Shown here: positions 1-9,031 of the stretch, in pieces
How positions within the stretch are numbered: the first letter of the stretch is position 1
Layout of the letters: each line of letters starts with the position of its first letter
NCBI GenBank assembly: GCA_041501225.1
Contig: JBGQNR010000004.1
Coordinates: forward strand, 11,466 to 75,465
Source: Acidobacteriota bacterium
Lineage (GTDB): Bacteria > Acidobacteriota > UBA6911
Direction: 5' to 3'
Length of the DNA stretch: 64,000 nt
Translations under genes and position numbers: made by a program
Notes under the pieces: model-generated
The model's input: the letters and a program-made list of their open reading frames with translations, nothing else
Database searches by the model: none
What the model was told of the DNA's origin: nothing

Positions 1-101
1 TGTGCGCGGAAGCCCGCAGTGGCGATGTGATCGCGATCCTGTCCAACGGCGGATTTGGAGGCATCTACGAGAAATTGCCGGCGGCCCTCAGCACCAGGTA
101 A
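1..101 (+). CDS. mpl: C-terminal fragment of UDP-N-acetylmuramate:L-alanyl-gamma-D-glutamyl-meso-diaminopimelate ligase (Mpl-like); 5-prime end outside window
   Basis: The frame is open from the window edge and ends at TAA 99-101. The tail GDVIAILSNGGFGGIYEKLPAALSTR resembles the conserved Mpl C-terminus (SNGGFGGIH.KL). Only about 33 aa are visible. Confidence 0.5.
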   Translation, partial: CAEARSGDVIAILSNGGFGGIYEKLPAALSTR

Positions 102-108
102 TAAACAT

Positions 109-1161
109 ATGACAAGCCCAGTTTCAAGATCGGCGTCCTTACGAACAATTAGATTTCTTCCGGCGCTCGGGCTGCTGGTCCTGGCGGCCGCGGCTTTCGT
201 GCTGCTGCGCCCATCCTGGTCGCAAGCCCGGCAATCCCAGAATCCTCCGCAAAAGCAGCAGCAACAACAACAGCAGGAACAAAAACCATTCCAGATCAAG
301 GCCGAAGTGAATCTGGTAACGGTCCCGGTTACGGTGCGCATGCCCAAGGGTGGTTTCATCAAGGGGCTCCCCAAAACCGCCTTTCATCTCACCGAAGATG
401 GAGACGATCAGGACGTGCTGGTCTTTGAACAGGAAGGCGTACCCACGCGCATCAGCATCGTTCTCGACATCAGCGGCAGCGTGCAGAAGGAATGGGGAAC
501 CATCAAATACGCCACGAAGAAATTTATCGAGAACCTCAAGGCGGACGACCAATTCTCCATCGTCGCGTTCAATACTGAAACCCTCCTAAAGATGGACTGG
601 GGAAGCAAGACCGACCGCCTCGAAGATGTGCTGACCTCCATTTACTGCAAGGGCAACACCAATCTCTGGGATTCCATCTATGTCGTCGCGAACGATGTCT
701 TCAAGGGAATTCAGGAAAAGAAGGCGATGATCATCATGACGGATGGCCTGGACAACAACAGCTCCATGTCTTACAAAGAGGCGCTCGAAGCGGCGGTGCG
801 CTGCGAAGCGTCCGTCTATGTGGTGAGCAAGACGCAAGCGGTGCGCGAGGCCTACATCGCGAGCCAACAGGGGCAGGGTATCTACACCGGCGTCCCGGAG
901 CAGGAATTCATTCAGGCCGACATGGCGTTGCGCAAACTGGCCTATGAAACCGGCGGGCGGGTTCTCTATCCGAATACCTTCGGCCAGCTCGACAATATCT
1001 ATGCCCAGGTGGATGAGGAGCTGCGCAACCAGTACACCCTGGGATACATCTCGACCAACCCAGCCAAGGACGGCAGCTACCGGCGCATCGAAGTCAAGGT
1101 GGATGCGTCCGATGCCGTGGTTTCAGCCCGGCCCGGATATTACGCCGCCAAACGTAAGTGA
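109..1161 (+). CDS. Secreted/membrane-anchored von Willebrand factor type A (VWA) domain protein of the acidobacterial VWFA-related type
   Basis: ORF track 55..1161; likely ATG 109 (MTSPVSR) followed by the hydrophobic anchor FLPALGLLVLAAAAFVLL. It has a poly-Q linker and a beta-rich N-module (FQIKAEVNLVTVPVTV...FHLTEDGDDQDV). The MIDAS motif DISGS is in ISIVLDISGSV, followed by MIIMTDGLDNNS. Confidence 0.85.
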   Translation: MTSPVSRSASLRTIRFLPALGLLVLAAAAFVLLRPSWSQARQSQNPPQKQQQQQQQEQKPFQIKAEVNLVTVPVTVRMPKGGFIKGLPKTAFHLTEDGDDQDVLVFEQEGVPTRISIVLDISGSVQKEWGTIKYATKKFIENLKADDQFSIVAFNTETLLKMDWGSKTDRLEDVLTSIYCKGNTNLWDSIYVVANDVFKGIQEKKAMIIMTDGLDNNSSMSYKEALEAAVRCEASVYVVSKTQAVREAYIASQQGQGIYTGVPEQEFIQADMALRKLAYETGGRVLYPNTFGQLDNIYAQVDEELRNQYTLGYISTNPAKDGSYRRIEVKVDASDAVVSARPGYYAAKRK

Positions 1162-1205
1162 CGCGCTCCCTCGGAATCCAGCATTAACGCATTCTAAAAA
1201 TATTC

Positions 1206-1234
1206 TTGACACCGGATCTGCGCCGGTCTAATTT
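1206..1234 (+). promoter_or_regulatory. Sigma-70-type promoter candidate for the ECF sigma gene
   Basis: TTGACA 1206-1211, a 17-nt spacer, TAATTT 1229-1234, with an AT-rich upstream stretch. The ORF-track TTG start at 1206 coincides with this -35 box. Confidence 0.45.
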
Positions 1235-1304
1235 AAATTTTACCCTCTGTATTTTCCTCGAACTCAGCCAAACAACCGCGGAGTCCGGCGATAGCTTTGA
1301 CCGC

Positions 1305-1979
1305 ATGGTCGGCGCGCCGGCACTGCCAAATAGCCAACGGCTTGGAGGGCTGAGTGTGCGTAATCTTGCTTATTCCCTAATTTATGAACCTGATCCGTCT
1401 CGAATCTGCGAAACGGCACGGCTCGGGTACCCCGCATTGGAAACCCGGCCGATTGAATGGACAGAGAGTGAGTTGGCGCAAATCAGGCTGGTGCTGAGAA
1501 AATTGACCGCACAGCGGGTCGACAATCCCGAAGACGCTGAAGATCTGGTGCAGGAAACGCTGCTCACCATGGTGCGCAAAGCCCCGATGATCGACATCGA
1601 GAAGGGGATGCTGATCTGGGCCATGGGGATCTTGCGCAAAAAGGTGGGCAACTACTATCGGAGAGTGCAGCGCGTCAATTTGCTCGATTCCCAGATCAGG
1701 CATACGTTGAGTGCCGCCAAGGCGCCCTCGCCCGAGTCGAGCCTGCATCACACCGAGCTGCGCGCAATGATCGATGGCATGCTCAATAAATTTCCTCCGT
1801 GCGAGCGCGATCCGATCGATCTCTACCTCGCAGGCAGGCAGACCAGTGAAATCGTCTCCCTGCTGCAGCCGGAGCGCTATCAGAACGTAGTCAACCGGCT
1901 TCATCGAGGGCGGAAAAAACTCGCGCGTGCGCTCGCCAGGCACGGCTATGCCAGGCGTGCCTTTGCTAAGCGCAGATGA
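1305..1979 (+). CDS. ECF-type RNA polymerase sigma-70 family factor
   Basis: Region 2 is EDAEDLVQETLLTMVRKAP...WAMGILRKKVGNYYRR. The region 4 HTH is DLYLAGRQTSEIVSLL...VVNRLHRGRKKLARAL. The start is uncertain: ATG 1305 is the first in-frame ATG after the promoter, and later TTG/GTG starts are possible. Confidence 0.8.
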   Translation: MVGAPALPNSQRLGGLSVRNLAYSLIYEPDPSRICETARLGYPALETRPIEWTESELAQIRLVLRKLTAQRVDNPEDAEDLVQETLLTMVRKAPMIDIEKGMLIWAMGILRKKVGNYYRRVQRVNLLDSQIRHTLSAAKAPSPESSLHHTELRAMIDGMLNKFPPCERDPIDLYLAGRQTSEIVSLLQPERYQNVVNRLHRGRKKLARALARHGYARRAFAKRR

Positions 1980-2079
1980 ACCAGCATCACGAAAATGCCC
2001 GGGTCCAGAGCGCCGTACAGGCATTTGCAATGATCAGGATTCAAGGATGTGGGGATTCTGCCGGATTACCCGATGGGGG

Positions 2080-3441
2080 TCAGCGCTTGATGGAGACCCT
2101 CAGGCCGCTGGCGAGGCCATCGAGGCCGGCGACGATCACCGCTTCGCCCCCACTCAGCCCTGACAGAACTTCGACGCGCCCTCCCCGCTCAGCCCCCAGC
2201 GTTACCGCGGTCTTTTCCGCTTTGCCCTCTTTCACCAGGAAAAGGGCGGGTCCGGGAAGGATCGCGGTTTTGGGCACCAGGATGCGAACGGGCAGGTTTG
2301 CTTGCGACTCTTTTCGATCTTCCAGAAAGTTCACCTTGGCATTCGTCTCGGGGCGAAGAAACTCGTCCGGCTCTTTGATGGCAACCTTTACTTGAATGGT
2401 GGCTTTCTGGCGATTGGCTTCCGGCGCGATTTCACGAACGCCGGCCGGATATTTCTTGTCGGGGTACGATTCAGGCGAAACGGAACACTGCTGCCCGACA
2501 TGCACGCGCGGTATATCGGATTCATTGATGTCAAGTTCAACCTCGAGATCCTTCAGGTCCGCAATGCTGACGAGAGCCGACTTCGCTCCCCTGCCGCTGA
2601 CAAAGCCGGTGGTCACCATCTCACCTTTTTCAATCAAGCGTTCGAGGACAGTCCCGGCTACCGGAGCGCGGATGATGGTATTTTCAAGCTGGGTCTCCCA
2701 CCAGGTGATGCTCGCCTCTGTTTCTGCAAGTTGGGCGCGCGCCAGCTGAATCTGCTCCGCACGTGGACCCAACTGGATCAACTCGTAGTTCTTCTTGGCA
2801 ACCTTGACCTGGGCCGCAGCAACGTCATAGGTGTTGCGAGCCTCATCGAGCGCCTGTTTCGCCAGCACACCTTTCTCTTGAAGCCGCGTCACCCGCTCGA
2901 GGTTGATCTGGGACGTCTGGAGGTTGGCTTCCGCTTCTTCAAGAGCAGCTTTGGCACGTTCGACCTCCTGGGGCCGCGAGCCGGCGACGGATTCTTCCAG
3001 GCGGGCGGCAGCGGCTTGCCGTGCTGCCCGTGCCTGCTTGAGCTGAGCCTGGATTTCATTGTCGTCCAGGCGCGCCAGCACTTGGCCTACTTTCACGATG
3101 TCGCCACGATCCACCAGCAACACTTCCACGCGTCCGCTGGTCTTGGAAGAAACCTCCACCCGCCGGCGCGGGATGACGTATCCCGATGCAGTCAGCGCAA
3201 CATCCGTCGCGTTTGCCGCACTACGCTCTGCCGCCTCAACCTGCACTTCGTGGGGTTTGACACCGAGGCCGGACAGGCCGATGCGGTCCGGCACAAAAAC
3301 CACTACCACTACGGCAATAAGTACAAGCAGAACCAGAATGGCAACCCAGCCCCATCTTCGGCCCCACCCGGCGGTGCCCTTCTTGCCGCGGTCAATTCTC
3401 AATGACTGCAGATCCTGATTCAGCTTCTCCGGCATAAGCAC
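2080..3441 (-). CDS. Efflux transporter periplasmic adaptor subunit (HlyD/MFP family, MacA-like)
   Basis: N-terminal TM segment WVAILVLLVLIAVVVVVFV. Long coiled coil QAQLKQARAARQAAAARLEE...AKAALEEAEANLQTSQINLERV...AAAQVKVAKKNYE. C-terminal beta-barrel part. No pump gene is adjacent. Confidence 0.85.
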   Translation of the reverse strand: MLMPEKLNQDLQSLRIDRGKKGTAGWGRRWGWVAILVLLVLIAVVVVVFVPDRIGLSGLGVKPHEVQVEAAERSAANATDVALTASGYVIPRRRVEVSSKTSGRVEVLLVDRGDIVKVGQVLARLDDNEIQAQLKQARAARQAAAARLEESVAGSRPQEVERAKAALEEAEANLQTSQINLERVTRLQEKGVLAKQALDEARNTYDVAAAQVKVAKKNYELIQLGPRAEQIQLARAQLAETEASITWWETQLENTIIRAPVAGTVLERLIEKGEMVTTGFVSGRGAKSALVSIADLKDLEVELDINESDIPRVHVGQQCSVSPESYPDKKYPAGVREIAPEANRQKATIQVKVAIKEPDEFLRPETNAKVNFLEDRKESQANLPVRILVPKTAILPGPALFLVKEGKAEKTAVTLGAERGGRVEVLSGLSGGEAVIVAGLDGLASGLRVSIKR

Positions 3442-3778
3442 AAAATATTATCAGAAAAGAACTTTTTTGAAATAAAAAGGATGCTCGCGAAACTTCGTGG
3501 GCGACGCTACTCCCGGCGGCGAAACGCAACGACAGCCACCCACCTCGTCGACCCAACCGTCGCCGCCGGGCTCCTCTCTGAGAACCCACTGTAGCCTTAT
3601 TTGTGCGCCATTCAATTCTGTCGTCACCTCCCGCCCTCTTTGCCCCCGTGCTCCACTGTCCCCCATACTCAGGCACCGTTCACTTGCAGGCTGACAGTTG
3701 TTTAATCTTTGAATAATCTTCGGTATTTCTTGTTTGTATGGATTCAGCCGTATAATTAGAGACAGCAGGTACAGGGAC

Positions 3779-4081
3779 ATGCGAGTTCTTTTTGAACGGA
3801 CCGGCGGCTTTGCCGGACTGACGCTCAAGGCGACGCTTGATGCTGAAGCTCTGCCACCCCCGCAGGCGCGCCGCCTGCACACGCTTCTCGAGGAAAGCCA
3901 TTTTTTCGAGCTGCCGCTCAGACTTGAAGGTCCAGCCGGCCGGCCGGACCGGTTCCAATACCGGTTGACCGTGGAGAACAACAACTGCATCCATACCGTG
4001 CAGGCCAACGAAGACGCGGTCCCCCCCGAAATGCGCCCGCTGCTCGATTGGCTCACCGCTGCCGCGCGCCAGCAGAAATAG
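3779..4081 (+). CDS. Emfourin-family protein (protealysin/M4 protease inhibitor-like)
   Basis: About 100 aa, MRVLFERTGGFAGLTLKATLD...HFFELP...DRFQYRLTV...LLDWL. It sits directly upstream of an M4 protease. ATG 3779 is preferred over ORF-track 3734. A perfect TATAAT lies at 3751-3756. Confidence 0.7.
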   Translation: MRVLFERTGGFAGLTLKATLDAEALPPPQARRLHTLLEESHFFELPLRLEGPAGRPDRFQYRLTVENNNCIHTVQANEDAVPPEMRPLLDWLTAAARQQK

Positions 4082-4244
4082 CGCCGCCCTCCCTCCACGC
4101 TCCACGCATCATAACCGGCGGAGCAAAATGCAGTCCCCATGGACTCCACCTGATTTGGCGACTTTCCTTCATTTCGTGGCTGCATTTGTATTTTCCCCTG
4201 TGATAGGCTGGATGCAAATTCCTGGCGATAGGAGGAGACGTCCG

Positions 4245-5267
4245 ATGCCGGCATTCTTCATTATTCCAACCTACATCCTGCGCTCTATCATTCTGAACGG
4301 CGACAAGCGCCAGCAAGCGGCCGCATGGTTCACGCTCTCCGCCAGCGAGCAGATTCGCGGCGAGCGCAGGATCCTGACCGCATTGGGGCCGCTGGCCAAT
4401 ACGGCCACGGGTACGAAGAGGCGAACTATTTATGATGCCCGGCACGGGTACAGCCTCCCCGGGCGACTGGTCAGGGGTGAGAGGGATCCCAAAAGCAAGG
4501 ACATCGCCGTCAATGAGGCCTACAACGGATCCGGTGCGACATTCGATTTTTATTTCCGCGTGTTCGGGCGCCGCTCGATTGATGGGCAGGGATTCCGGCT
4601 CGATTCCACCGTTCATTACGGCACGAACTACGACAACGCGTTCTGGAACGGCCGGCAAATGGTCTATGGCGACGGCGATGGAGAGATCTTTCGGCGCTTC
4701 ACGGTGGCGCTCGATGTCATCGGCCACGAATTGACCCACGGCCTGACCCAATATGAAGCCAACCTGGACTACCGCGACCAGCCGGGTGCCCTGAACGAAT
4801 CCTTCTCGGATGTATTCGGGTCGCTGGTCAAACAATACCGTCGCAAGCAAACAGTGACGGAGGCAGACTGGCTCATTGGAAGTGGTCTTTTCATGCCCGG
4901 CATCAAGGCGAAAGGCATCCGGTCGATGAAGGAACCCGGAACGGCGTATGACGATCCGCTGCTAGGCAGGGATCCTCAGCCCGGCCATATGCGCGACTAT
5001 GTGCGCACGACCGAAGACAGCGGCGGCGTCCACATCAATTCGGGGATTCCCAATCGGGCCTTCTACGAACTGGCGGTGCGCCTGGGCGGTCATGCATGGG
5101 TAAAAGCAGGCCAGATCTGGTATCGAGCCCTGTGCGAAAAACTGCATGCCCATTCGACGTTCTCCGACGCCATGAACGTGACCGTGCACGCCGCAGGAGA
5201 GATTTTCGGTGTCAATAGCCTGGAACAGAGGGCGACCCGCGAAGCATGGTCCGAGGTGGGTCTATAG
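4245..5267 (+). CDS. M4 family (thermolysin/protealysin-like) zinc metallopeptidase with short propeptide
   Basis: HExxH in VIGHELTHG. Third zinc-ligand motif NESFSDVFG. GGVHINSGIPNRAFY. Short N-terminal propeptide MPAFFIIPTYILRSII. ATG 4245 is preceded by AGGAGGAG. Confidence 0.9.
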   Translation: MPAFFIIPTYILRSIILNGDKRQQAAAWFTLSASEQIRGERRILTALGPLANTATGTKRRTIYDARHGYSLPGRLVRGERDPKSKDIAVNEAYNGSGATFDFYFRVFGRRSIDGQGFRLDSTVHYGTNYDNAFWNGRQMVYGDGDGEIFRRFTVALDVIGHELTHGLTQYEANLDYRDQPGALNESFSDVFGSLVKQYRRKQTVTEADWLIGSGLFMPGIKAKGIRSMKEPGTAYDDPLLGRDPQPGHMRDYVRTTEDSGGVHINSGIPNRAFYELAVRLGGHAWVKAGQIWYRALCEKLHAHSTFSDAMNVTVHAAGEIFGVNSLEQRATREAWSEVGL

Positions 5268-5327
5268 GTTCGGACCGACTTTCGTGATGCAGGAAGCGGT
5301 CTTGATTTGCATGGGCGGGCCGGCGAA

Positions 5328-6587
5328 TCACTCCTCCAGCAGTTTGCTCACCCACTGGACTGCCTGGATGTAAGCATCCGGGAATTGCGCCTCGTCAAAC
5401 CCCATCTGGTCGACACAACTCTTGATCCGTTCCCAATCTCCATTTTCTTGGGCAACGACGGACTCGAGCGCAGGGCGGAAGTGGTTTCTTTCCCCCAGCA
5501 GTGCCGCTTTGACCTCATCGGGCAACTGGATTTCCTTCAGCAGGTCATCCATCTGCCGATCCAATACAGCATCCATGACCGACATCAAGCCGAGCAGGAA
5601 CAGATCCGTTTCACGCCGTGGGAGTCCCAGGGGTCGTGCAAGTTGTTCGCAGAATCGGGCGCGGACCAGAGCCGTCGTAATCAATTCTGCCGGTTTGTCG
5701 TCGGCAAGGTCGACCATGGCAGCTACCGACGTCCACTTGCGCAGGCTGTTCTCACCCAGCAAAGCCAGGGCGTGTCGTATTGAAGTGACGCGGCTGCGCA
5801 GGCCGAAATTGGCGGAATTCATGTAGCGCAACAGCTTGTAGAGCAGCGACGGCTCCTGCCGCAGGATGGCTTCGACATCTCCGAGATCGATGACGGAGCG
5901 GTTGATGGCTTTGAGAATGCGCAGATAGTTCAGCTTCAAACCCGGGATATCGCGCTTCGACAGCATCTGCGGCCTGCAGAAGAAATAGCCCTGAAAATAT
6001 GAATACCCGAGCTGCCGCCCGCGCTCGACATCTTCTCGCGTTTCAACTTTCTCCGCCAGCATCTTGATGCCCAGCGGCATGAAGCGGCGCGCCACCGTAT
6101 TTTGTTCCTCGGGAGGCGTCGTCAGAAAATCGACTTTGATGATGTCGGCAAAGCGAGTGAGAGATTCCACGTGAGCACTGAAGACAAAATCGTCGAGCGC
6201 GATCGTGTACCCGGCCTTTTTCAACCGCTGGCAAGCCGCAAGAACCTCATCATCCGGCTCGATATCTTCCAGAATCTCCACCACCACATGCTGGCGCGAG
6301 AGCAGCGTGGCGTAATCCTGGACCAGGGCGTCGCGCGTAAAGTTCAGGAAGGCTTTCTTTCCGCCTGTGAGGGCTTTGAGGCCGAACAGCAGATAGTTGT
6401 CGACCATGAACATGGAGAGGTCTTTACCGGGCTGGGGCTGGAAATAGTTATTGAGGCTTGAGCGAAAGAGAATCTCGTATCCCAGAGCCGTTCCCTGGCG
6501 GTCGAAGATCGGCTGGCGCGCCAGGAATTTCTGGGGGCTAGGGCGGGCTTCATCGGTCGTCGCTACCGAATCGGACGTCTGTGTCAT
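5328..6587 (-). CDS. EAL domain plus HDOD domain protein (c-di-GMP phosphodiesterase-like, YuxH type)
   Basis: EAL hallmarks: QPIFD...YEILFR, FLNF, VEILED, LDDF, IKVD, EKVET, FQGYFFCRP. HDOD part: LLYKLLRYMNSANFGL...IRHALALLGENSLRKW. Confidence 0.88.
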   Translation of the reverse strand: MTQTSDSVATTDEARPSPQKFLARQPIFDRQGTALGYEILFRSSLNNYFQPQPGKDLSMFMVDNYLLFGLKALTGGKKAFLNFTRDALVQDYATLLSRQHVVVEILEDIEPDDEVLAACQRLKKAGYTIALDDFVFSAHVESLTRFADIIKVDFLTTPPEEQNTVARRFMPLGIKMLAEKVETREDVERGRQLGYSYFQGYFFCRPQMLSKRDIPGLKLNYLRILKAINRSVIDLGDVEAILRQEPSLLYKLLRYMNSANFGLRSRVTSIRHALALLGENSLRKWTSVAAMVDLADDKPAELITTALVRARFCEQLARPLGLPRRETDLFLLGLMSVMDAVLDRQMDDLLKEIQLPDEVKAALLGERNHFRPALESVVAQENGDWERIKSCVDQMGFDEAQFPDAYIQAVQWVSKLLEE

Positions 6588-6990
6588 CTGTATTGCATCA
6601 AGATTGCGAAATCAGGAACCATGCCGAAATCCAGCGAGGCTGCCAGCTCCAAGATTCCAGCGGTTGCCTCGGGATTTTCTTCGGCAAAATCAGACAAAAT
6701 AATTAGTTTGGGATTTGAGTAACTGAATTTTGCTGGCACGAATGTGCCATGGTTTCTGGCTCAGATGCGTCCCCCGGCCAGGCAGAAATTGGGCTTTCCG
6801 GCCCATCCATTTTGGTCGGCGCGGACGATGCGGAATCCTTCCAAACCGGCTATGCTAAGCCCATGAAATGAGATCAGGCCCTGGGGCACCCTGCTGGAAT
6901 TAGTTTTCAGCCGCGCGGCAGGATGAGCTGTCAGGGTCAAGGGCACCGATAGCCTGACAAAGACGGGTTGGCATTTGTTAGGAGGAATGG

Positions 6991-7353
6991 ATGGCGCACA
7001 AGGCGATACCTCGAAATGGCAACGGGCTTCATCCCATCAAAAATGATCGCAGACGCAATCTGCGGATTACCGCCCCTTTCCCCGTCAGCGTCCGCGGAAT
7101 CTCCTCTGCCGGCAAGCGCCTTGAATTCGAGACCGAACTGGAGAACCTCGGCTCGGGGGGTCTGTTTATGAGGGCGCAGCACGACATACGGGAGTGGAAA
7201 AATCTCACCCTGATCATGCGGCTCTCCCTGGCGAGCAACCCGGAGATTCCGGCACCCGTGGTGGCTGCGCGGGCGAAGATCCTGCGCGCAGAACGCCAAA
7301 GTGATGGTCGCGTCGCTTTTGCAGTGGCGTTCACTAAACGCCGGTTTGTTTGA
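6991..7353 (+). CDS. Small PilZ-like domain protein (putative c-di-GMP receptor)
   Basis: RRRNLR (RxxxR) is followed about 30 aa later by NLGSGGLF, a variant of D/NxSxxG. It is 120 aa and divergent from the EAL-HDOD gene. Confidence 0.55.
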   Translation: MAHKAIPRNGNGLHPIKNDRRRNLRITAPFPVSVRGISSAGKRLEFETELENLGSGGLFMRAQHDIREWKNLTLIMRLSLASNPEIPAPVVAARAKILRAERQSDGRVAFAVAFTKRRFV

Positions 7354-7478
7354 AACTGCGGGAGGTAGAATCGGCAAGCGCCGGCACAGCAACTCAGCTC
7401 ATGAGCATGCCGTCCGCAATGGCAGGAATAAAGAAAGCGAGGTCTTATAATCCAGGCATATTCCGGGGCTGTTCGCAG

Positions 7479-8183
7479 TTATCGTGGAATAGGAAGCAGG
7501 CCGTGCCGGTAAGCATAAATGACGAGTTCGAGCCGATCTGAGACGCCGAGCTTGCCGTAAATTGATGTCAGGTGATGCCTTACGGTGACATCGCTGATGA
7601 ACAGACGTTCCCCGATCTGTTTGTTCTTCAATCCTTCCCCTACCGCGCTGATCACCTCACGCTCGCGCTCCGTGAGGGCATCAATCTTCACCTCTTCCGG
7701 ATCCAGCCTCTTCGCATCTTTTTTGCGGGATAACTCCTCGAGCACTGCGGCTGTCGTGGTGCGATCGAGCCAAACTTCGCCGGCGTAGACCTTTTCGATC
7801 GCCTTGGTGAGCACCTCGACGGAAGTGTCCTTGAAGACCAGCCCTTTGGCCCCCAGCCGCACGGCCTTGCGATGCAGTCCCGGATCGCTCACACCCGTCA
7901 GAATCAATACCTTCGCCTGTTCAGCGGCCTCCATGAGATCGGGAATGAAGTCCAGGCCGGATTCACCTTTGAGAGCAAGATCCAGGAGAATCACGTCGGG
8001 CTGCACGCTTTGGACCAGGGTCAGGGCTTCAGCCCGCGTTCCCGCATCTCCCACCACTTGGATGCTGTCGCTGTGGCCGATCAGGGATCGGATGCCGACA
8101 CGGAAGAGTAGTTGGTCATCGATATGTACCACTCGAATGGACTTGGTCTCAAATGTCGACGGATAGCTCATTCTGGATTCCAT
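7479..8183 (-). CDS. NarL/LuxR-family response regulator (REC + HTH_LuxR)
   Basis: Receiver: IRVVHIDDQ...DVILLDLAL...VLILTG...GLVFKD. HTH: LTEREREVISAVGEGLKNKQIGERLFISDVTVRHHLTSIYGKLGV. Confidence 0.92.
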   Translation of the reverse strand: MESRMSYPSTFETKSIRVVHIDDQLLFRVGIRSLIGHSDSIQVVGDAGTRAEALTLVQSVQPDVILLDLALKGESGLDFIPDLMEAAEQAKVLILTGVSDPGLHRKAVRLGAKGLVFKDTSVEVLTKAIEKVYAGEVWLDRTTTAAVLEELSRKKDAKRLDPEEVKIDALTEREREVISAVGEGLKNKQIGERLFISDVTVRHHLTSIYGKLGVSDRLELVIYAYRHGLLPIPR

Positions 8184-8379
8184 GCTCCATCGTACAGTCT
8201 TGGGTTGATCGCCGGCCGCAGGGTCGATCTGCAGCCTGCCACCTTTGTATCGGCCGGAATGAGACGGACCGATAGCAAAGCCTGAGAAATACCCGTATTT
8301 GTTGTGATGAAAAGTGATGTGCAGATGTTCGTGTGTGCGGGTTTATTTCCGGGCTGCGGATCTGGTATCATCTGCGGCC

Positions 8380-8949
8380 ATGCGACGCCCAATTGGAGAA
8401 TTGAATGGTCTTAGGGTGTTTCCTACCAGACGTTTCCTGGACGAGCGTGGATTCGTGTTGCAGTCGTACACGCAGTCCAGCCTGAATGCGCAAGGGATTT
8501 TCGCGGAGTTTAAGCAGGCCCTTCAAAGCCAGTCCAAGCGTGGTGTGGTCAGGGGGCTGCACTTCCAGTGGGATCCGCCGCAGGGGAAGTTGGTGCGCTG
8601 CGTGAGTGGTGCTGTGCTTGATGTGGTCGTGGATATCCGACACGGATCTCCCACGCTTGGCGAACACGCTGCCGTGGAATTGAGCGCGGTCAATGCCCTC
8701 GTTCTCTGGGCGCCGCCCGGGTTTGCGCACGGATTCATGGCCCTTGCCGATGACTCGCTTGTCTTCTATGAGTGCACAGAGGAATGGGCGCCTGCCGGAG
8801 AGGGGGGAATTTTGTGGTCCGATCCCGCGCTTGGCATCGAGTGGCCCGCCCTCCAGCCGATCGTATCGGAGAAAGACAGCCTGGCGCCAACCCTGGCCCA
8901 ATGGCTAGCCGATCCCAGATCCAACCGTTTCCGCATGCCGACTGCGTGA
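8380..8949 (+). CDS. rfbC: dTDP-4-dehydrorhamnose 3,5-epimerase
   Basis: DERGFV, RGLHFQ, KLVRCVSGAVLDVVVDIR, PPGFAHGF. ATG 8380 is preferred over ORF-track 8314. Confidence 0.9.
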   Translation: MRRPIGELNGLRVFPTRRFLDERGFVLQSYTQSSLNAQGIFAEFKQALQSQSKRGVVRGLHFQWDPPQGKLVRCVSGAVLDVVVDIRHGSPTLGEHAAVELSAVNALVLWAPPGFAHGFMALADDSLVFYECTEEWAPAGEGGILWSDPALGIEWPALQPIVSEKDSLAPTLAQWLADPRSNRFRMPTA

Positions 8950-9031
8950 TACCGCAAGGCCCCGATCTATCCTGTTCCAAGCCTGCAAGAGCAGCCACAA
9001 AGAACACAGAATCTGATGAGGGGTACTTATA

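Noticed and set aside
232-285. Poly-glutamine run (QNPPQKQQQQQQQEQKP) in the VWA protein, considered as a possible hypervariable or slippage tract.
   Set aside because: The codons are mixed CAG/CAA, and the run is short and in frame. It is most simply a low-complexity linker between the membrane anchor and the first domain.
1976-2395. 139-aa ORF overlapping the ECF sigma gene stop, considered as a possible anti-sigma factor.
   Set aside because: It runs antisense through the 3-prime end of the adaptor (MFP) gene. It has a Ser/Arg/Pro-rich composition, with no TM helix and no zf-HC2 or RskA-like motif.
3512-3570. 11-bp GC-rich inverted repeat CCCGGCGGCGA / TCGCCGCCGGG in the divergent MFP / emfourin intergenic region, considered as a possible operator.
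   Set aside because: A rough estimate is 64000 positions times about 50 spacings times (1/4)^11. That gives on the order of one such perfect 11-mer pair by chance in this window, and more at this GC content. It is not distinguishable from background without conservation data.
6733-6752. Sigma-54-like box TGGCACGAATGTGCCA upstream of the PilZ-like gene.
   Set aside because: The GC of the -12 element is one position off relative to TGGCACG-N4-TTGCW. The sequence is simply a 5-bp palindrome (TGGCA/TGCCA). It lies about 240 nt from the start codon, and no enhancer-binding protein gene is nearby.
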